This document shows positions 36,888-46,195 of a DNA stretch of 64,000 nt, in pieces. Positions within the stretch are counted from its first letter, which is position 1. Each line of letters starts with the position of its first letter. The position numbers were made by a program, and so were the translations under genes. This stretch comes from Ktedonobacterales bacterium (GTDB taxonomy: Bacteria > Chloroflexota > Ktedonobacteria > Ktedonobacterales > JADMIN01). Under the pieces are notes generated by a model. That model was given only the letters and a program-made list of their open reading frames with translations. It searched no databases and was not told the DNA's origin. The DNA lies in contig CP126532.1 of assembly GCA_030167145.1 (NCBI GenBank), forward strand, positions 256,504-320,503, written 5' to 3'.

Positions 36888-37151
36888 ATGCAGATGATAG
36901 ATGTCGGGCTGATCCGCGAGCAGGTGCGCGACTACCTGCGGCAGAACTTTCTCTTCGGCGCGGATGTGGGCAACCTGGATGATAGCGCGTCGTTGATCGA
37001 GCAGGGTGTAGTGGACGGAACGGGCGTGCTGGAGCTGGTGCTCTTCGTTGAGGAGACCTACGGCCTCACCATCGAAGAGCAGGATTTGACGCCCGAACAT
37101 TTCGATTCGGTGGATAACATCGTGGCATACGTTGCCGAGCGGCTGAGGTAA
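36888..37151 (+). CDS. acyl-carrier-protein-like protein lacking the canonical Ser
   Basis: The track ORF is 36870..37151 (GTG). ATG at 36888 is preferred. The sequence parallels EPS-type ACPs (...LIEKGIIDSTGVLELVAFLEE...), but here it reads LIEQGVVDGTGVLELVLFVEE, so DST has become DGT. Confidence 0.6.
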   Translation: MQMIDVGLIREQVRDYLRQNFLFGADVGNLDDSASLIEQGVVDGTGVLELVLFVEETYGLTIEEQDLTPEHFDSVDNIVAYVAERLR

Positions 37152-37169
37152 TCAACCGCTCGCTTGCAC

Positions 37170-38579
37170 TCATACGGCGTGGGAGATCCAGATATTGCCG
37201 GGTCCGGCATAGCTTGGGCCTTCGCCAAAGGTGGCCTGGGTCTGGTTGTCCTCATCTACGGCCATCTGGAAGTAGTCACCGTAGGGCAGGGTGAAGCCCG
37301 CGCTGCTGAGGTAGCTGTAGCCAGGGATGAAGCTGGAGATGCGGACGGTTGGGGTGAAGGTGCGGCCACCGTTACTGCTGGCGCGATAGAAGACGTTCCA
37401 TGCGCCGGTGCGCTCGTCCATCCAGCCGATACGCACATCGCCGGGGCGTGTGCCGACGGTTACGGCAGGGAAGCAATGTTCTGCTCCTACCGGCGCATCG
37501 GAAACATCAGTGCGGTCTGAATAGGTGCGGCCACCGTCGGTGGAGCGGACAAGGAAGATACGTTCAGGGGCAAAATTGGTTAGGTCGGTTGTGCCGTTCC
37601 AGAGAACGTAAATGGCATCGTCGGGGCCGATGGCCATGGCGTCTTGCGCGCTGAGGTAGGCGAAGCCGCAGGGATGGCAGGGCGGCGGCGCGCCGCTCTC
37701 GCCGATGATAGTGCGCGTCCAGTGCAGTCCGAGGTCGCTGGACTTCGAGATCCAGAGGGTGACAGGGCCATTGCCTTTCTTGGCGTGGGCAGCGTCGAAA
37801 CTGTTCCAACTGAAGAAGATATTGCCATGCGAATCGAAGCCACCGCCCGCCGAGAGCGAGGTGGCGAACTGGGCATCTGCCGCGAAAATCTCGTGTGTGA
37901 CCCAGTGGAGTCCGCCGTCGAAGGAGGTCGAGGCGAAGGTGTTCGCGCCGTCGTCGTAGGCGACGGCGACGCGCTGGCCGCGCACGATGAGCGTATCCTT
38001 ATCGAGTGTGTGGGGCTGATCGGAGACACTGACTTCGCGGCTCCAGGTGAGGCCGAAGTCGGTGGACTTGACGACGGCGACGAAGGCATGTGGGTAGTTC
38101 TGAATAAATGAGGCGTAGAGTGTGCGGCCGTCACCTGGGTCAACCGCAATCTGAGGGTCATCTTGCCCGGAGTGGTAGACGCGAACGGGCGCAACCATGC
38201 GCGGCGCGCTCCATGTCTTGCCGCCATCGTCGGAGCGCTGGAAGAGCATGTGCAGATCGCAACCAGCGCAGGTCTGGCCGCCGGTGACATCGTAATGCTT
38301 GTACATGACATAGACATGGCCAAAGCGGTCGGTGGCGATGGATGGTTCCCAGTCGTCGCCGGACTGGAAGCCAAGGCGGTGCTGCTGGCTGAAGCGGAGG
38401 GTGGCATGCTGCGTAGTGATGGCCTGTGCGGCGGCGGAGCTACTCCAGGGGCAAATGATGAGCAGTGGCGCGAAGGCGATGAGGATACCCAAGAAGACGA
38501 CGAGCGCGCGGGATAACCGCCGGGGCAAGCGTGCTAGCAATGCGTTCGACATAGCGGCGCTCCTGTCATTGTGCGGCAC
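37170..38579 (-). CDS. BNR/Asp-box repeat (sialidase-fold) secreted protein
   Basis: It has an N-terminal signal/TM (LVVFLGILIAFAPLLII). Six Asp-boxes follow: SDDGGKTWSA, STDFGLTWSR, SFDGGLHWVT, SSDLGLHWTR, STDGGRTYSD and SSNGGRTFTP. Confidence 0.7.
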   Translation of the reverse strand: MPHNDRSAAMSNALLARLPRRLSRALVVFLGILIAFAPLLIICPWSSSAAAQAITTQHATLRFSQQHRLGFQSGDDWEPSIATDRFGHVYVMYKHYDVTGGQTCAGCDLHMLFQRSDDGGKTWSAPRMVAPVRVYHSGQDDPQIAVDPGDGRTLYASFIQNYPHAFVAVVKSTDFGLTWSREVSVSDQPHTLDKDTLIVRGQRVAVAYDDGANTFASTSFDGGLHWVTHEIFAADAQFATSLSAGGGFDSHGNIFFSWNSFDAAHAKKGNGPVTLWISKSSDLGLHWTRTIIGESGAPPPCHPCGFAYLSAQDAMAIGPDDAIYVLWNGTTDLTNFAPERIFLVRSTDGGRTYSDRTDVSDAPVGAEHCFPAVTVGTRPGDVRIGWMDERTGAWNVFYRASSNGGRTFTPTVRISSFIPGYSYLSSAGFTLPYGDYFQMAVDEDNQTQATFGEGPSYAGPGNIWISHAV

Positions 38580-38764
38580 AGGCGATGTCGCCTGTTTGTT
38601 CCCATAAGTGTAGCAGAAGCGCCGTATGTCGTCTATACGCTATGGTTGCCCATAACCTTCGGCCAGCGTGTATGGTGGTTGTGTGAGCATGTTGCCACTC
38701 GTGACGGCGTCCAGCATATGCTCGCATGAAACTTGCTGGCTGCACACAATGTGGAGCAAGAAGG

Positions 38765-38800
38765 ATTGCCCCTTCCCGCAAATCGCAAGGAAGGGGCAAT
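38765..38800 (-). terminator. stem-loop immediately downstream of argS
   Basis: A perfect 12-bp inverted repeat, ATTGCCCCTTCC (38765-38776) / GGAAGGGGCAAT (38789-38800), with a 12-nt loop. It starts 10 nt after the argS stop. There is no clean U-tract. Confidence 0.45.
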
Positions 38801-38810
38801 GGAAGTAGAG

Positions 38811-40586
38811 CTATGCTTCGACCCTTTCCACAGTCTCCGCGCGCTCCATGCGGTCGGGCGCAGTCATGCCGAGCAGGGTGAGCGTGCGGGCAAGGCCGGC
38901 CTGGGCGGCGCGCAGCAGCCGCAGCCGCGCGTTGCGCACATCGAGCGGTATGTCCGCGCCTTGCTTCAAGATTGGGCAGTGGTCATAGAACTGGTGGAAG
39001 GCATCGGCGAGATCCATGCCATAGCGCGTCAGATGGTGCGGTTCCAACAGCAGTGCGGCACGCTCGACAACTTCTTCGAGGCGGAGCAACTGGCGAATCA
39101 TGGCTAACTCGCGGTCAAGCTGCTCTGGCGGGTCGCCGGCCAGCGCGGTCACGTCGGCTGTGGCATAGTCGCTCTCGGTGATGCCCTGCTCGTGCGCTTT
39201 GCGGAAGACGCCGGAGGCGCGGGCATGGGCGTACTGCACGGAGAGACCGGGATTCTCGTCGGTCTGCTTGCGCGCAAGGTCAAGGTCGAAATCCAGGTGG
39301 GTATCGCTAGAGCGCATGAGATAGAAGAAGCGGGTCACATCGGGACCAACCTCCTCGTAGATCTCGTCCAGCGTGATGATATTGCCGAGGCGCTTGCCCA
39401 TGCGCTGGCCCTTGATAGTGACGTTCTGATAGATGAGGATGTGCATATCGTCGGCAGCGTGGCCGAGCATCTGAGCAACAGCTTTGAGCCGCCCAATGTA
39501 GCCGTGATGATCTGGGCCGAGGATCATGATGAGCCGGTCGAAGCCGCGCAGAAATTTGTTCCGCATGTAGGCGACATCAGAGGCGAAGTAGGTTGGCTCG
39601 CCGTTTGAGCGCACAATCACGCGCCCGCGCTCGTTGCCCTCGCGATCCTTGTCGTCGCCGAAGAGGTTGGTTTTCGCCCACTGCGCCCCTTCGTATTCCT
39701 CGATGTAGCCCGCCGCGCGTAGTTCATCAATGCTCGCTTGGAGTTCGCCCGAAGGGCCGAGCGACGCCTGATTGAAGAAGACGTCGAACTCGACGCGCAT
39801 CTTGGCCATCGTCTGGCGGATATCATCCATGATGGCGGCGGCGGTAGCTTCGCCGATGGCGGAGGCGCGTTTCTGCTCCGGCAGCTTGAGCAGCTTCTTG
39901 GCGCCGCTAGCAATCATTCGCTCGGCCACGGTCTCGTAATAGGGGCCGAAGTAGCCTTCGTCGGGCTTTGAGGGGTCGGCTTCACCGAGCGCCAGTCGCA
40001 GGTAATACTCCATCGAGCGACCCAGTTTGTCTATCTGGCCACCCGCGTCGTTGAAGTAATATTCCTTGGTGACATCGTAGCCCGCCGCGCGCATCACCGC
40101 CGCAAGGGTATCGCCGATGAAGGCGCCACGCCCGTTGCCAACGGTGACAGGTCCGGTGGGGTTGGCGCTCACGAACTCGAGGTTGATCTTTTTGCCACGC
40201 CCGACATGTACAGAGCCGAAACTGTTGCCCTCGTCAATGACGCGCCCAGTCTGGGCAAGCAACCACGCGGGGCGCAGCCGTAGATTGATGAAGCCTGGGC
40301 CAGCGACCTCGACGGTTTCAACGAGATCGTAGGCAGGGACGACGGCGACGGTCTCGCGGATGCGCGTGGCGATGATTTCGGCGATGGCGCGCGGGTTGGA
40401 TTTCTCTCCCGCTGCCTTGGCGGCGGAGGCCAGTTTCATAGCGACATTGGTGGCGTAGTCGCCATGTGATGCGATCTGTGGGCGCTCGATCTCGAAGGCA
40501 GGCAGCGCTACATCGGGCAGATCGCCATTCTCGCGCAGGGCGGCTACGGACCGCGCCACAATGTCAAAGATTGTGTCTCGAAGCAT
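38811..40586 (-). CDS. argS: arginine--tRNA ligase
   Basis: 591 aa. It has the N-terminal Add-1-like region, INLEFVSANPTGP in the signature position, RMGKRLGNIITL (the MSK-like loop), and the C-terminal anticodon-binding DALR-type domain ending ...RM. See the finding on the HIGH motif. Confidence 0.9.
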   Translation of the reverse strand: MLRDTIFDIVARSVAALRENGDLPDVALPAFEIERPQIASHGDYATNVAMKLASAAKAAGEKSNPRAIAEIIATRIRETVAVVPAYDLVETVEVAGPGFINLRLRPAWLLAQTGRVIDEGNSFGSVHVGRGKKINLEFVSANPTGPVTVGNGRGAFIGDTLAAVMRAAGYDVTKEYYFNDAGGQIDKLGRSMEYYLRLALGEADPSKPDEGYFGPYYETVAERMIASGAKKLLKLPEQKRASAIGEATAAAIMDDIRQTMAKMRVEFDVFFNQASLGPSGELQASIDELRAAGYIEEYEGAQWAKTNLFGDDKDREGNERGRVIVRSNGEPTYFASDVAYMRNKFLRGFDRLIMILGPDHHGYIGRLKAVAQMLGHAADDMHILIYQNVTIKGQRMGKRLGNIITLDEIYEEVGPDVTRFFYLMRSSDTHLDFDLDLARKQTDENPGLSVQYAHARASGVFRKAHEQGITESDYATADVTALAGDPPEQLDRELAMIRQLLRLEEVVERAALLLEPHHLTRYGMDLADAFHQFYDHCPILKQGADIPLDVRNARLRLLRAAQAGLARTLTLLGMTAPDRMERAETVERVEA

Positions 40587-40646
40587 TACTGTTGACTCCT
40601 CGCTAGAGATTCTACACGCATAGTTTTGTCGGCCTTGGCATGTGAA

Positions 40647-40693
40647 AGCGGTGTCCGGGGCCGACTAGACTATCTGGCCCACCGGACACCGCT
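40647..40693 (-). terminator. strong stem-loop between the upstream membrane-protein gene and argS
   Basis: The 12-bp perfect arms AGCGGTGTCCGG (40647-40658) / CCGGACACCGCT (40682-40693) are extended by GGCC/GGCC. On the transcribed (minus) strand the stem is followed by TTTCACA. A TAGAAT -10-like hexamer lies downstream toward argS. Confidence 0.45.
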
Positions 40694-40737
40694 CTGCTGC
40701 ATTGCGGCACACACTCTGCTCGGCGTGAGACGGTGGG

Positions 40738-41451
40738 CTATCCACCACCGCGACGCTGTTTCGCATTCTCGTCCAATTGTAGAGAAAGAACGTATTCGAG
40801 CGCGGCCAACTCGTCGAACGAATTATCAGAGGCGACGACGACCTCGCGGTCGGTGCGTAGATCCACGAACGCGAGTGTTGGCGTTTGCTTTTTCTGTCGC
40901 CGCTCATTGGCGGCGGCGATGCTGTGCATCAGGCGATCTACGCCGCCCTGCGGATTGGAGAGCGCGCCACCGTAAACGGAGTTGGTCTGGGTGAGCGCAG
41001 ACTTCGGCCCGCGCAAGGTGATGTAGCCAACGTTCTCCATCGGCACATGGGTGACTTTGCCGCGCGGTTCAGATTTGACGTAATCATCTGGCGTCATCAC
41101 AAGCAAATAGTCGTCGGCATGCAGGAGACGCCAGCTATCGTAGATGGCGATGGCAAGCGCACCGAAGGCCACCGCGCCAAGCAGCAGCAATAAGATGCTG
41201 GTCACGAGAATGGCGAGTTGTCCGCGCTCGAAGTTGCCAGGGACGGTGCTGAACACGGCGGGAATGAACAGCACGAAGCCCAGGAGTGAGGCGGCAAGCC
41301 ATTTGAGAATCGAGCGAACGATGTAATCACGGCGCAGCGGCCACACATGCCAGTAATTGGGCAACTCTTGGGGGGAGCGCGCGCGCGCCAGAATTTCCTG
41401 TGCGTCCATCGTTGCGATCCTCATGATGTGATCCATAGTCCGATGTGCCAC
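40738..41451 (-). CDS. hypothetical membrane protein (two TM helices plus PH-like C-terminal region)
   Basis: 237-aa ORF with TM helices LAASLLGFVLFIPAVF and LAILVTSILLLLLGAVAFGALAIAI. I recognise no family with confidence, and the start is uncertain. Confidence 0.45.
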   Translation of the reverse strand: MAHRTMDHIMRIATMDAQEILARARSPQELPNYWHVWPLRRDYIVRSILKWLAASLLGFVLFIPAVFSTVPGNFERGQLAILVTSILLLLLGAVAFGALAIAIYDSWRLLHADDYLLVMTPDDYVKSEPRGKVTHVPMENVGYITLRGPKSALTQTNSVYGGALSNPQGGVDRLMHSIAAANERRQKKQTPTLAFVDLRTDREVVVASDNSFDELAALEYVLSLQLDENAKQRRGGG

Positions 41452-41558
41452 TTTGCCTGATATGTGCTGCGGTTATGCGGCTACCCACGCCGTGCCGCGT
41501 CAAACTCGCCCAATTATAGCACAGGATAATGCATGATTTGCTATGATTGCTCGTCATA

Positions 41559-42437
41559 TCAGAAAGTCAGTCCAAGTGCGGCGCGCATGGTGGCGAGGGG
41601 CGCGGATTGACCGGTCCAGAGGGTGAAGGCCGCTGCGCCCTGATAGAGCAGCATGGAGTGGCCACCAGCAGCACGTAAGCCGCGAGCGCGGGCAGCGCAC
41701 ACCAGGGCGGTTTCGGGTGGATTGTAGACCATGTCGAAGACGATAGCATCTGGCGGCAGGTGCGCGAGCAGTGACGCAGGTAACGGCAGGGCATTCGGGT
41801 CGCCAGTGCCGATGGGAGTGGCGTTGATGAGCACGGCGGTATAGGCCAGCGCGCTGGCGAGTTGTGGTGTATCGTCGAGGGCGAGCGCATGAGACGTGAC
41901 GGTATCCAAGCGAGAAGGATCGGCATTGGATACGGCAAGCAGCGCCTGAGCGGCGGTGATGCGGCGCGCAGCCACGTAGATTTCGGCCTCTTCGAGGCGA
42001 GCGACGGCAAGCGCGGCGCGTGCCGCGCCACCCGCGCCAAGGATAAGCATGCGCCGCCCACGCAGCGCTGCGCCGCAGGCATGAAGGGCGATACGCAGGC
42101 CGACGGTGTCGGTGTTGTAGCCGATGAGCCGGATGCCTGTGGGAAGTTGCTCGCAGACGATTGTGTTGACTGCGCCGGTGCGATGGGCAGCATCGGGGGC
42201 GAGGTCATCGAGCAGGGGAAGGATGGCGGTCTTGTATGGGATGGTGACATTGGCGCCGAGTATATCGGGAGCGCGAAGGCTGGCGACACGCTGCGCAAGC
42301 TGGTCGGCGGGCGTGTCCCATAGCTCGTAACGCGCGGAAATACCAAGCGCATCGAACGCGGCTTGTTGCATGGCGGGTGAGCGCGAATGGCCGATTGGGT
42401 GGCCGATTAGTCCGACACGGGATACTGGCAGTGTCAT
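41559..42437 (-). CDS. aroE: shikimate dehydrogenase
   Basis: GLIGHPIGHSRSPAMQQAAF, NVTIPYK and the NAD(P) fold MLILGAGGAARA. Confidence 0.85.
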   Translation of the reverse strand: MTLPVSRVGLIGHPIGHSRSPAMQQAAFDALGISARYELWDTPADQLAQRVASLRAPDILGANVTIPYKTAILPLLDDLAPDAAHRTGAVNTIVCEQLPTGIRLIGYNTDTVGLRIALHACGAALRGRRMLILGAGGAARAALAVARLEEAEIYVAARRITAAQALLAVSNADPSRLDTVTSHALALDDTPQLASALAYTAVLINATPIGTGDPNALPLPASLLAHLPPDAIVFDMVYNPPETALVCAARARGLRAAGGHSMLLYQGAAAFTLWTGQSAPLATMRAALGLTF

Positions 42438-42668
42438 CGCTCAATGTCCTCTGTCAATGGCGTACTTCACGCCTATTGTAGCGCGTCCACATGCCAGATT
42501 GAGGAGTATACGATGGTCCCACCAGCGGGTAGTGAATGCTGGCGTTTCGTCTAGAGTGATGGCGACACGAGCGGACTACGGGGGATTGCCGATACGCCGG
42601 GATACTGCCTCATGAGACGGCGTCACACCTACGGTTTGGCATGCCGTGCGCTTCGCTGCATACCAGAC

Positions 42669-42698
42669 TTGACGGATTTCCCTGAAACAGGGTAAGCT
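42669..42698 (+). promoter_or_regulatory. candidate sigma70-like promoter for the 42771 gene
   Basis: TTGACG (42669-42674), an 18-nt spacer containing the palindrome CCTGAAACAGG, then TAAGCT (42693-42698). This rests on pattern only. Confidence 0.3.
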
Positions 42699-42770
42699 CA
42701 GCAGCGTGCCCATGAGCGAGCGGCTGAAGTACGGCATGAGGGATAAGATTTAGACGAGGAGTTATGAACG

Positions 42771-43457
42771 ATGGCGGCGCGGAAACAGGCGGCACATTCG
42801 CACACGGTGCGGAAAGCGCAGGCGGCAAGAACGCCGATGTCTGCGCCTGCGCATCGTGGGCACGAATCCGCCGCTGCTCCTGTTGTCGCCGGTGTTGCGC
42901 ATCCGGTGGCAGAGGCGTCCGCGCTGGTCATGTCAGATGGGCAGCGCGCAACGAAGCGCCGCACGGAGAGTGTGGGAGGGACGCGCGGGAGGGCAGCGAT
43001 CACGCGGCAACCTGACCGGCCAGCGGTGGCGCACTGCGCGGAGTTGGAGACGCTGCGGGCGCTATCGGCCGAGCAGGCGCGCGAGCATGTAGACACGTAC
43101 TTGCATACGGTGATGTCCGCACGCGAGGCGCACGCTTTTGAGGCGCTGAGTTATCGGTGGGAGCTACACCTGGTGGCGCTGGACCAGCTTTGCCTGCTGC
43201 GCACAGTGGATCTGTCGCAGACGAAGTTGCGCCGCTACCGCACGGTGCTGCGCAAAGATGGCGGATTTCCGCCACTGGTGGGGCTGGGCGGCGAAGGTCA
43301 CGAGCCGACGCATGCGGTGCTGCTTTGCGACGGCTATCACCGGGCAGTGGCGATGCGCGATGTGGAGCTGTCGTTCGCGTGGGTGTGGCTGGCGGTGGCG
43401 CCATGGCGAGATGAGGATGAAGCCGATATCGTTGTAGGCGCGGGAGCGGAAGCATAA
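42771..43457 (+). CDS. hypothetical protein with ParB/Srx-like C-terminal domain
   Basis: 228 aa. A basic, disordered N-terminus is followed by FPPLVGLGGEG...AVLLCDGYHRAVAMRDVELSFAWVWL. This resembles the ParB N-terminal-domain core (pP..v......y.l.DGhHR..Aa...g...i.a). Confidence 0.45.
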   Translation: MAARKQAAHSHTVRKAQAARTPMSAPAHRGHESAAAPVVAGVAHPVAEASALVMSDGQRATKRRTESVGGTRGRAAITRQPDRPAVAHCAELETLRALSAEQAREHVDTYLHTVMSAREAHAFEALSYRWELHLVALDQLCLLRTVDLSQTKLRRYRTVLRKDGGFPPLVGLGGEGHEPTHAVLLCDGYHRAVAMRDVELSFAWVWLAVAPWRDEDEADIVVGAGAEA

Positions 43458-43517
43458 ATAAGTGCCGCGCATCCATCCACTGAGCAAGAATACGCGGCAT
43501 GCTGCGGGGTTGTATCG

Positions 43518-43859
43518 TTAGCGAGCAAACCAATTCTGGAATTGCATCAAGTCCATGGCGGCGGAGGCAGGGGCGACTTTGATCTTGCCGCTCATGAAGA
43601 GCGTAACCGGGTTCTGCTCGCCACGCAAGACCTTGAGCCAGTCATCGGAGTCTACGGTGACGGTGGCGTTGGGGCTGGCTGCCGCACCCTGCTGATAGGC
43701 AAGCGTGCCGTTGTTGACGGTCAGTGACCAGCTTCCGGCTTCGCGGCCAGTGAAGTCGAACTGGATGGTGCGGTTTACGCCTGCCGCTTTTTCGGGCAGG
43801 AACGAGCTTTGTAGGGCGGCAAACGAGCCGGCGATGCTATCCATGGACGGGCTAGCCAT
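43518..43859 (-). CDS. SCP2 sterol-binding-domain protein
   Basis: The track ORF is 43518..44114. Its N-terminal 85 aa overlap the neighbouring gene, so the start was placed at MASPSMDS (43859). ...TVDSDDWLKVLRGEQNPVTLFMSGKIKVAPASAAMDLMQF matches the SCP2 C-terminal pattern. Confidence 0.7.
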   Translation of the reverse strand: MASPSMDSIAGSFAALQSSFLPEKAAGVNRTIQFDFTGREAGSWSLTVNNGTLAYQQGAAASPNATVTVDSDDWLKVLRGEQNPVTLFMSGKIKVAPASAAMDLMQFQNWFAR

Positions 43860-43959
43860 GCGTGTGTCTCCTCTTGCTACTCGTCGGTTCCACGGCGCTT
43901 GAGACGAACTATCCGCGTGGAACGATAGCACATCCACCACACCACCGCCACGTAGCTGG

Positions 43960-45186
43960 CTACACTTCGGCTTGGAGGCCAAGGAGGCGGCGGCCCGCGC
44001 CAGACACGCCGCGCTGCTGGATAAGCACGCGGAAACCACCCAGCCCGTGAGGATCGAGGAGCGGAGCGACCGCGCCAAGCAGCATGCGCTTGCGGAGATA
44101 GTCGGCCTGGCCACGGTCGGTATGGCGCTCGGTGTCGGCGGCGGGATAGAGGCGCGCAGCCACCGCTTCGGCTTCCGCGCGGATGCCCAGGCGACGCAGG
44201 AAGTCCGCCTGAGTGGTGAGGCCTGCCAGCCGCAATCCTACCGCGCGTCCAGCGGCGATGAGTGCGGTGAAGTTGACGTGCGCGGTCAAGTCTTGCTGGC
44301 CTGGATGGGCAAGGGGATCCTCACCGAGGGTGTGGCGCATATAGACGGCCAGCGTGCCACGTCGCCGGTTGGGGGTGTAGAGATGGCGCGCGATGTCGCC
44401 GTAGTCAATCGTCAGGACGAAGCCACGGGCCAGGACGACGGAGATGTCGCGCAGCCACAACGCGGCTGCCGGGCAGACTTCGCAGCGCCAGCCGTCAGGG
44501 AAAGCACGCCAGGGAACCTTGTACGCATCGAGATATGCCGCCACCTCTTGCGACGACGGCGCACCTATTTGCTCGATGAACTGGCCGGTAGCGCGGCCCA
44601 GCGCGACGTAGCGCTCGCTGAGGGTGTCACCATGCTTTTCGAGCAGATGGACGGGGAGGGCATCCACCAGCTCATTCGAGACGATGCAGCCGGTGAGCGA
44701 GCGCGGCGCAATGTGCGCGACATCGGCAGCCCAGGTGACCGCGCTGGAAGGGGCGCCAAGCCCGGTTAGCTCGCCCGCAAGGCGTTGTTCGCGGGCAGCA
44801 CGAAGTGGGGATTGCTCAGGTGCGCGATCCAGCAGCGTGTAGCGCAGTGCAGCGGCCCATTCCGGCGCACACTCAATCGCGTAGCGCCAGATCTCGCGCG
44901 CCAGCAGGCCGCGCCCGGCGCCCGCTTCAATCACGTCGAAATGCCGCGGGCTGTTCAGCAGTTGCCACATCTGGTGAAGCTGGCGGGCGATGGTCCATCC
45001 CCAGAGCGGATGAAGGTCGCCGCTGGTGATATAGTCGCCGCTCCAGCCGAGCGGCTCGCGTCCCTGGCCGCCGCCCGCATAGTAGCCATAGAGTGGATGA
45101 TAGAGCGCGAGCGCCATGAAGCGCGCGCACGTGATCGGGCCAGTGGTTGCGATCTCGTCGCGAATGAGAGTTTCGAGTGGTTCCAC
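43960..45186 (-). CDS. MidA/NDUFAF7-family (DUF185, COG1565) SAM-dependent methyltransferase
   Basis: FMALALYHPLYGYYAGG...GDYITSGDLHPLWG...VIEAGAGRGLLA is characteristic of the family. Confidence 0.75.
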   Translation of the reverse strand: MEPLETLIRDEIATTGPITCARFMALALYHPLYGYYAGGGQGREPLGWSGDYITSGDLHPLWGWTIARQLHQMWQLLNSPRHFDVIEAGAGRGLLAREIWRYAIECAPEWAAALRYTLLDRAPEQSPLRAAREQRLAGELTGLGAPSSAVTWAADVAHIAPRSLTGCIVSNELVDALPVHLLEKHGDTLSERYVALGRATGQFIEQIGAPSSQEVAAYLDAYKVPWRAFPDGWRCEVCPAAALWLRDISVVLARGFVLTIDYGDIARHLYTPNRRRGTLAVYMRHTLGEDPLAHPGQQDLTAHVNFTALIAAGRAVGLRLAGLTTQADFLRRLGIRAEAEAVAARLYPAADTERHTDRGQADYLRKRMLLGAVAPLLDPHGLGGFRVLIQQRGVSGAGRRLLGLQAEV

Positions 45187-45347
45187 GCCGCCTCCTCGTA
45201 TACAGCTTCTGTGTCAGATTATAGGACGGTAACAATTGGATAAGGATGGTGAACCTGACGTGATAGGATATACAGGCCCACGTGATGATACGCCGTGTGT
45301 TTGACGAAACGTGACTACATCGCGATAGGGCAAGTGGCGAGGCGAAC

Positions 45348-46175
45348 ATGGACGGGATTTTGCGGGATGCAACGCGCGAGGCGGTTATCGCGGCAATTGA
45401 GGAGAACGAGGTAGCCTACTGGCTCTACCGGGCGCGCATCGCGGGCTGGCAGGTGCATGAGGACGCGGAAATCACGTGGTATCAGAGTGGCGGAGGTTCT
45501 GCGTCGGTCAACGGCGTGTTGCGCACACACCTGAGCAAAGAACACGTGGAGGAGCGCATCGCGGGAACAATCGCGCACTTCGCCACGCAGGGACTGCCGT
45601 TCACCTGGTGGAGCAGTCCGTCGCGCATGCCTGCCGATCTGGGGCAGCGTCTCTGCGCGGCGGGACTGGCATTCGAGGGTGACGATCCCGCCATGGCCGC
45701 TGATCTCACGCGGATGGCCGAGAGCATTCCCGCGCCTGAGGGTGTGACTATCGAGCGAGCGCGGTCTGACGACGAGGTGTATCAATGGCGGCTAGCGTTC
45801 CGCGCGGCAAACAGTGTGCCACCCAATCCAGAGGCGGCGCAGCTACGGCAATATGCGCCCGCAAGCTATGGAGACGACGAGCCATTTCGCTTGTATACGG
45901 CATGCCTGCATGGTGAGCCAGTGGCGACCTCGCAGTTGCAGCTTGGCGCGGGCGTCGCGGGTATTTATTGTGTGGCTACCGCGCCCCACGCACGGCGGCG
46001 CGGCATTGGCGCGGCGGTGACGCTGGCAGCGATGCGCGATGCGCGAGCGCTGGGCTATCAGTTCGCGGTGCTGGGCGCGACGGAGATGGGCGCACGGGTC
46101 TACCGGCGGATCGGCTTCGAGCAGTACTCGACACTCAGCTCGTATACGTGGCATCCTGATGCTGATGTGCTCTGA
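45348..46175 (+). CDS. GNAT-family N-acetyltransferase
   Basis: The C-terminal acetyl-CoA motif is [50 protein letters not shown]. Confidence 0.75.
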   Translation: MDGILRDATREAVIAAIEENEVAYWLYRARIAGWQVHEDAEITWYQSGGGSASVNGVLRTHLSKEHVEERIAGTIAHFATQGLPFTWWSSPSRMPADLGQRLCAAGLAFEGDDPAMAADLTRMAESIPAPEGVTIERARSDDEVYQWRLAFRAANSVPPNPEAAQLRQYAPASYGDDEPFRLYTACLHGEPVATSQLQLGAGVAGIYCVATAPHARRRGIGAAVTLAAMRDARALGYQFAVLGATEMGARVYRRIGFEQYSTLSSYTWHPDADVL

Positions 46176-46195
46176 GTCGGCGGAGAGGAGACGAT

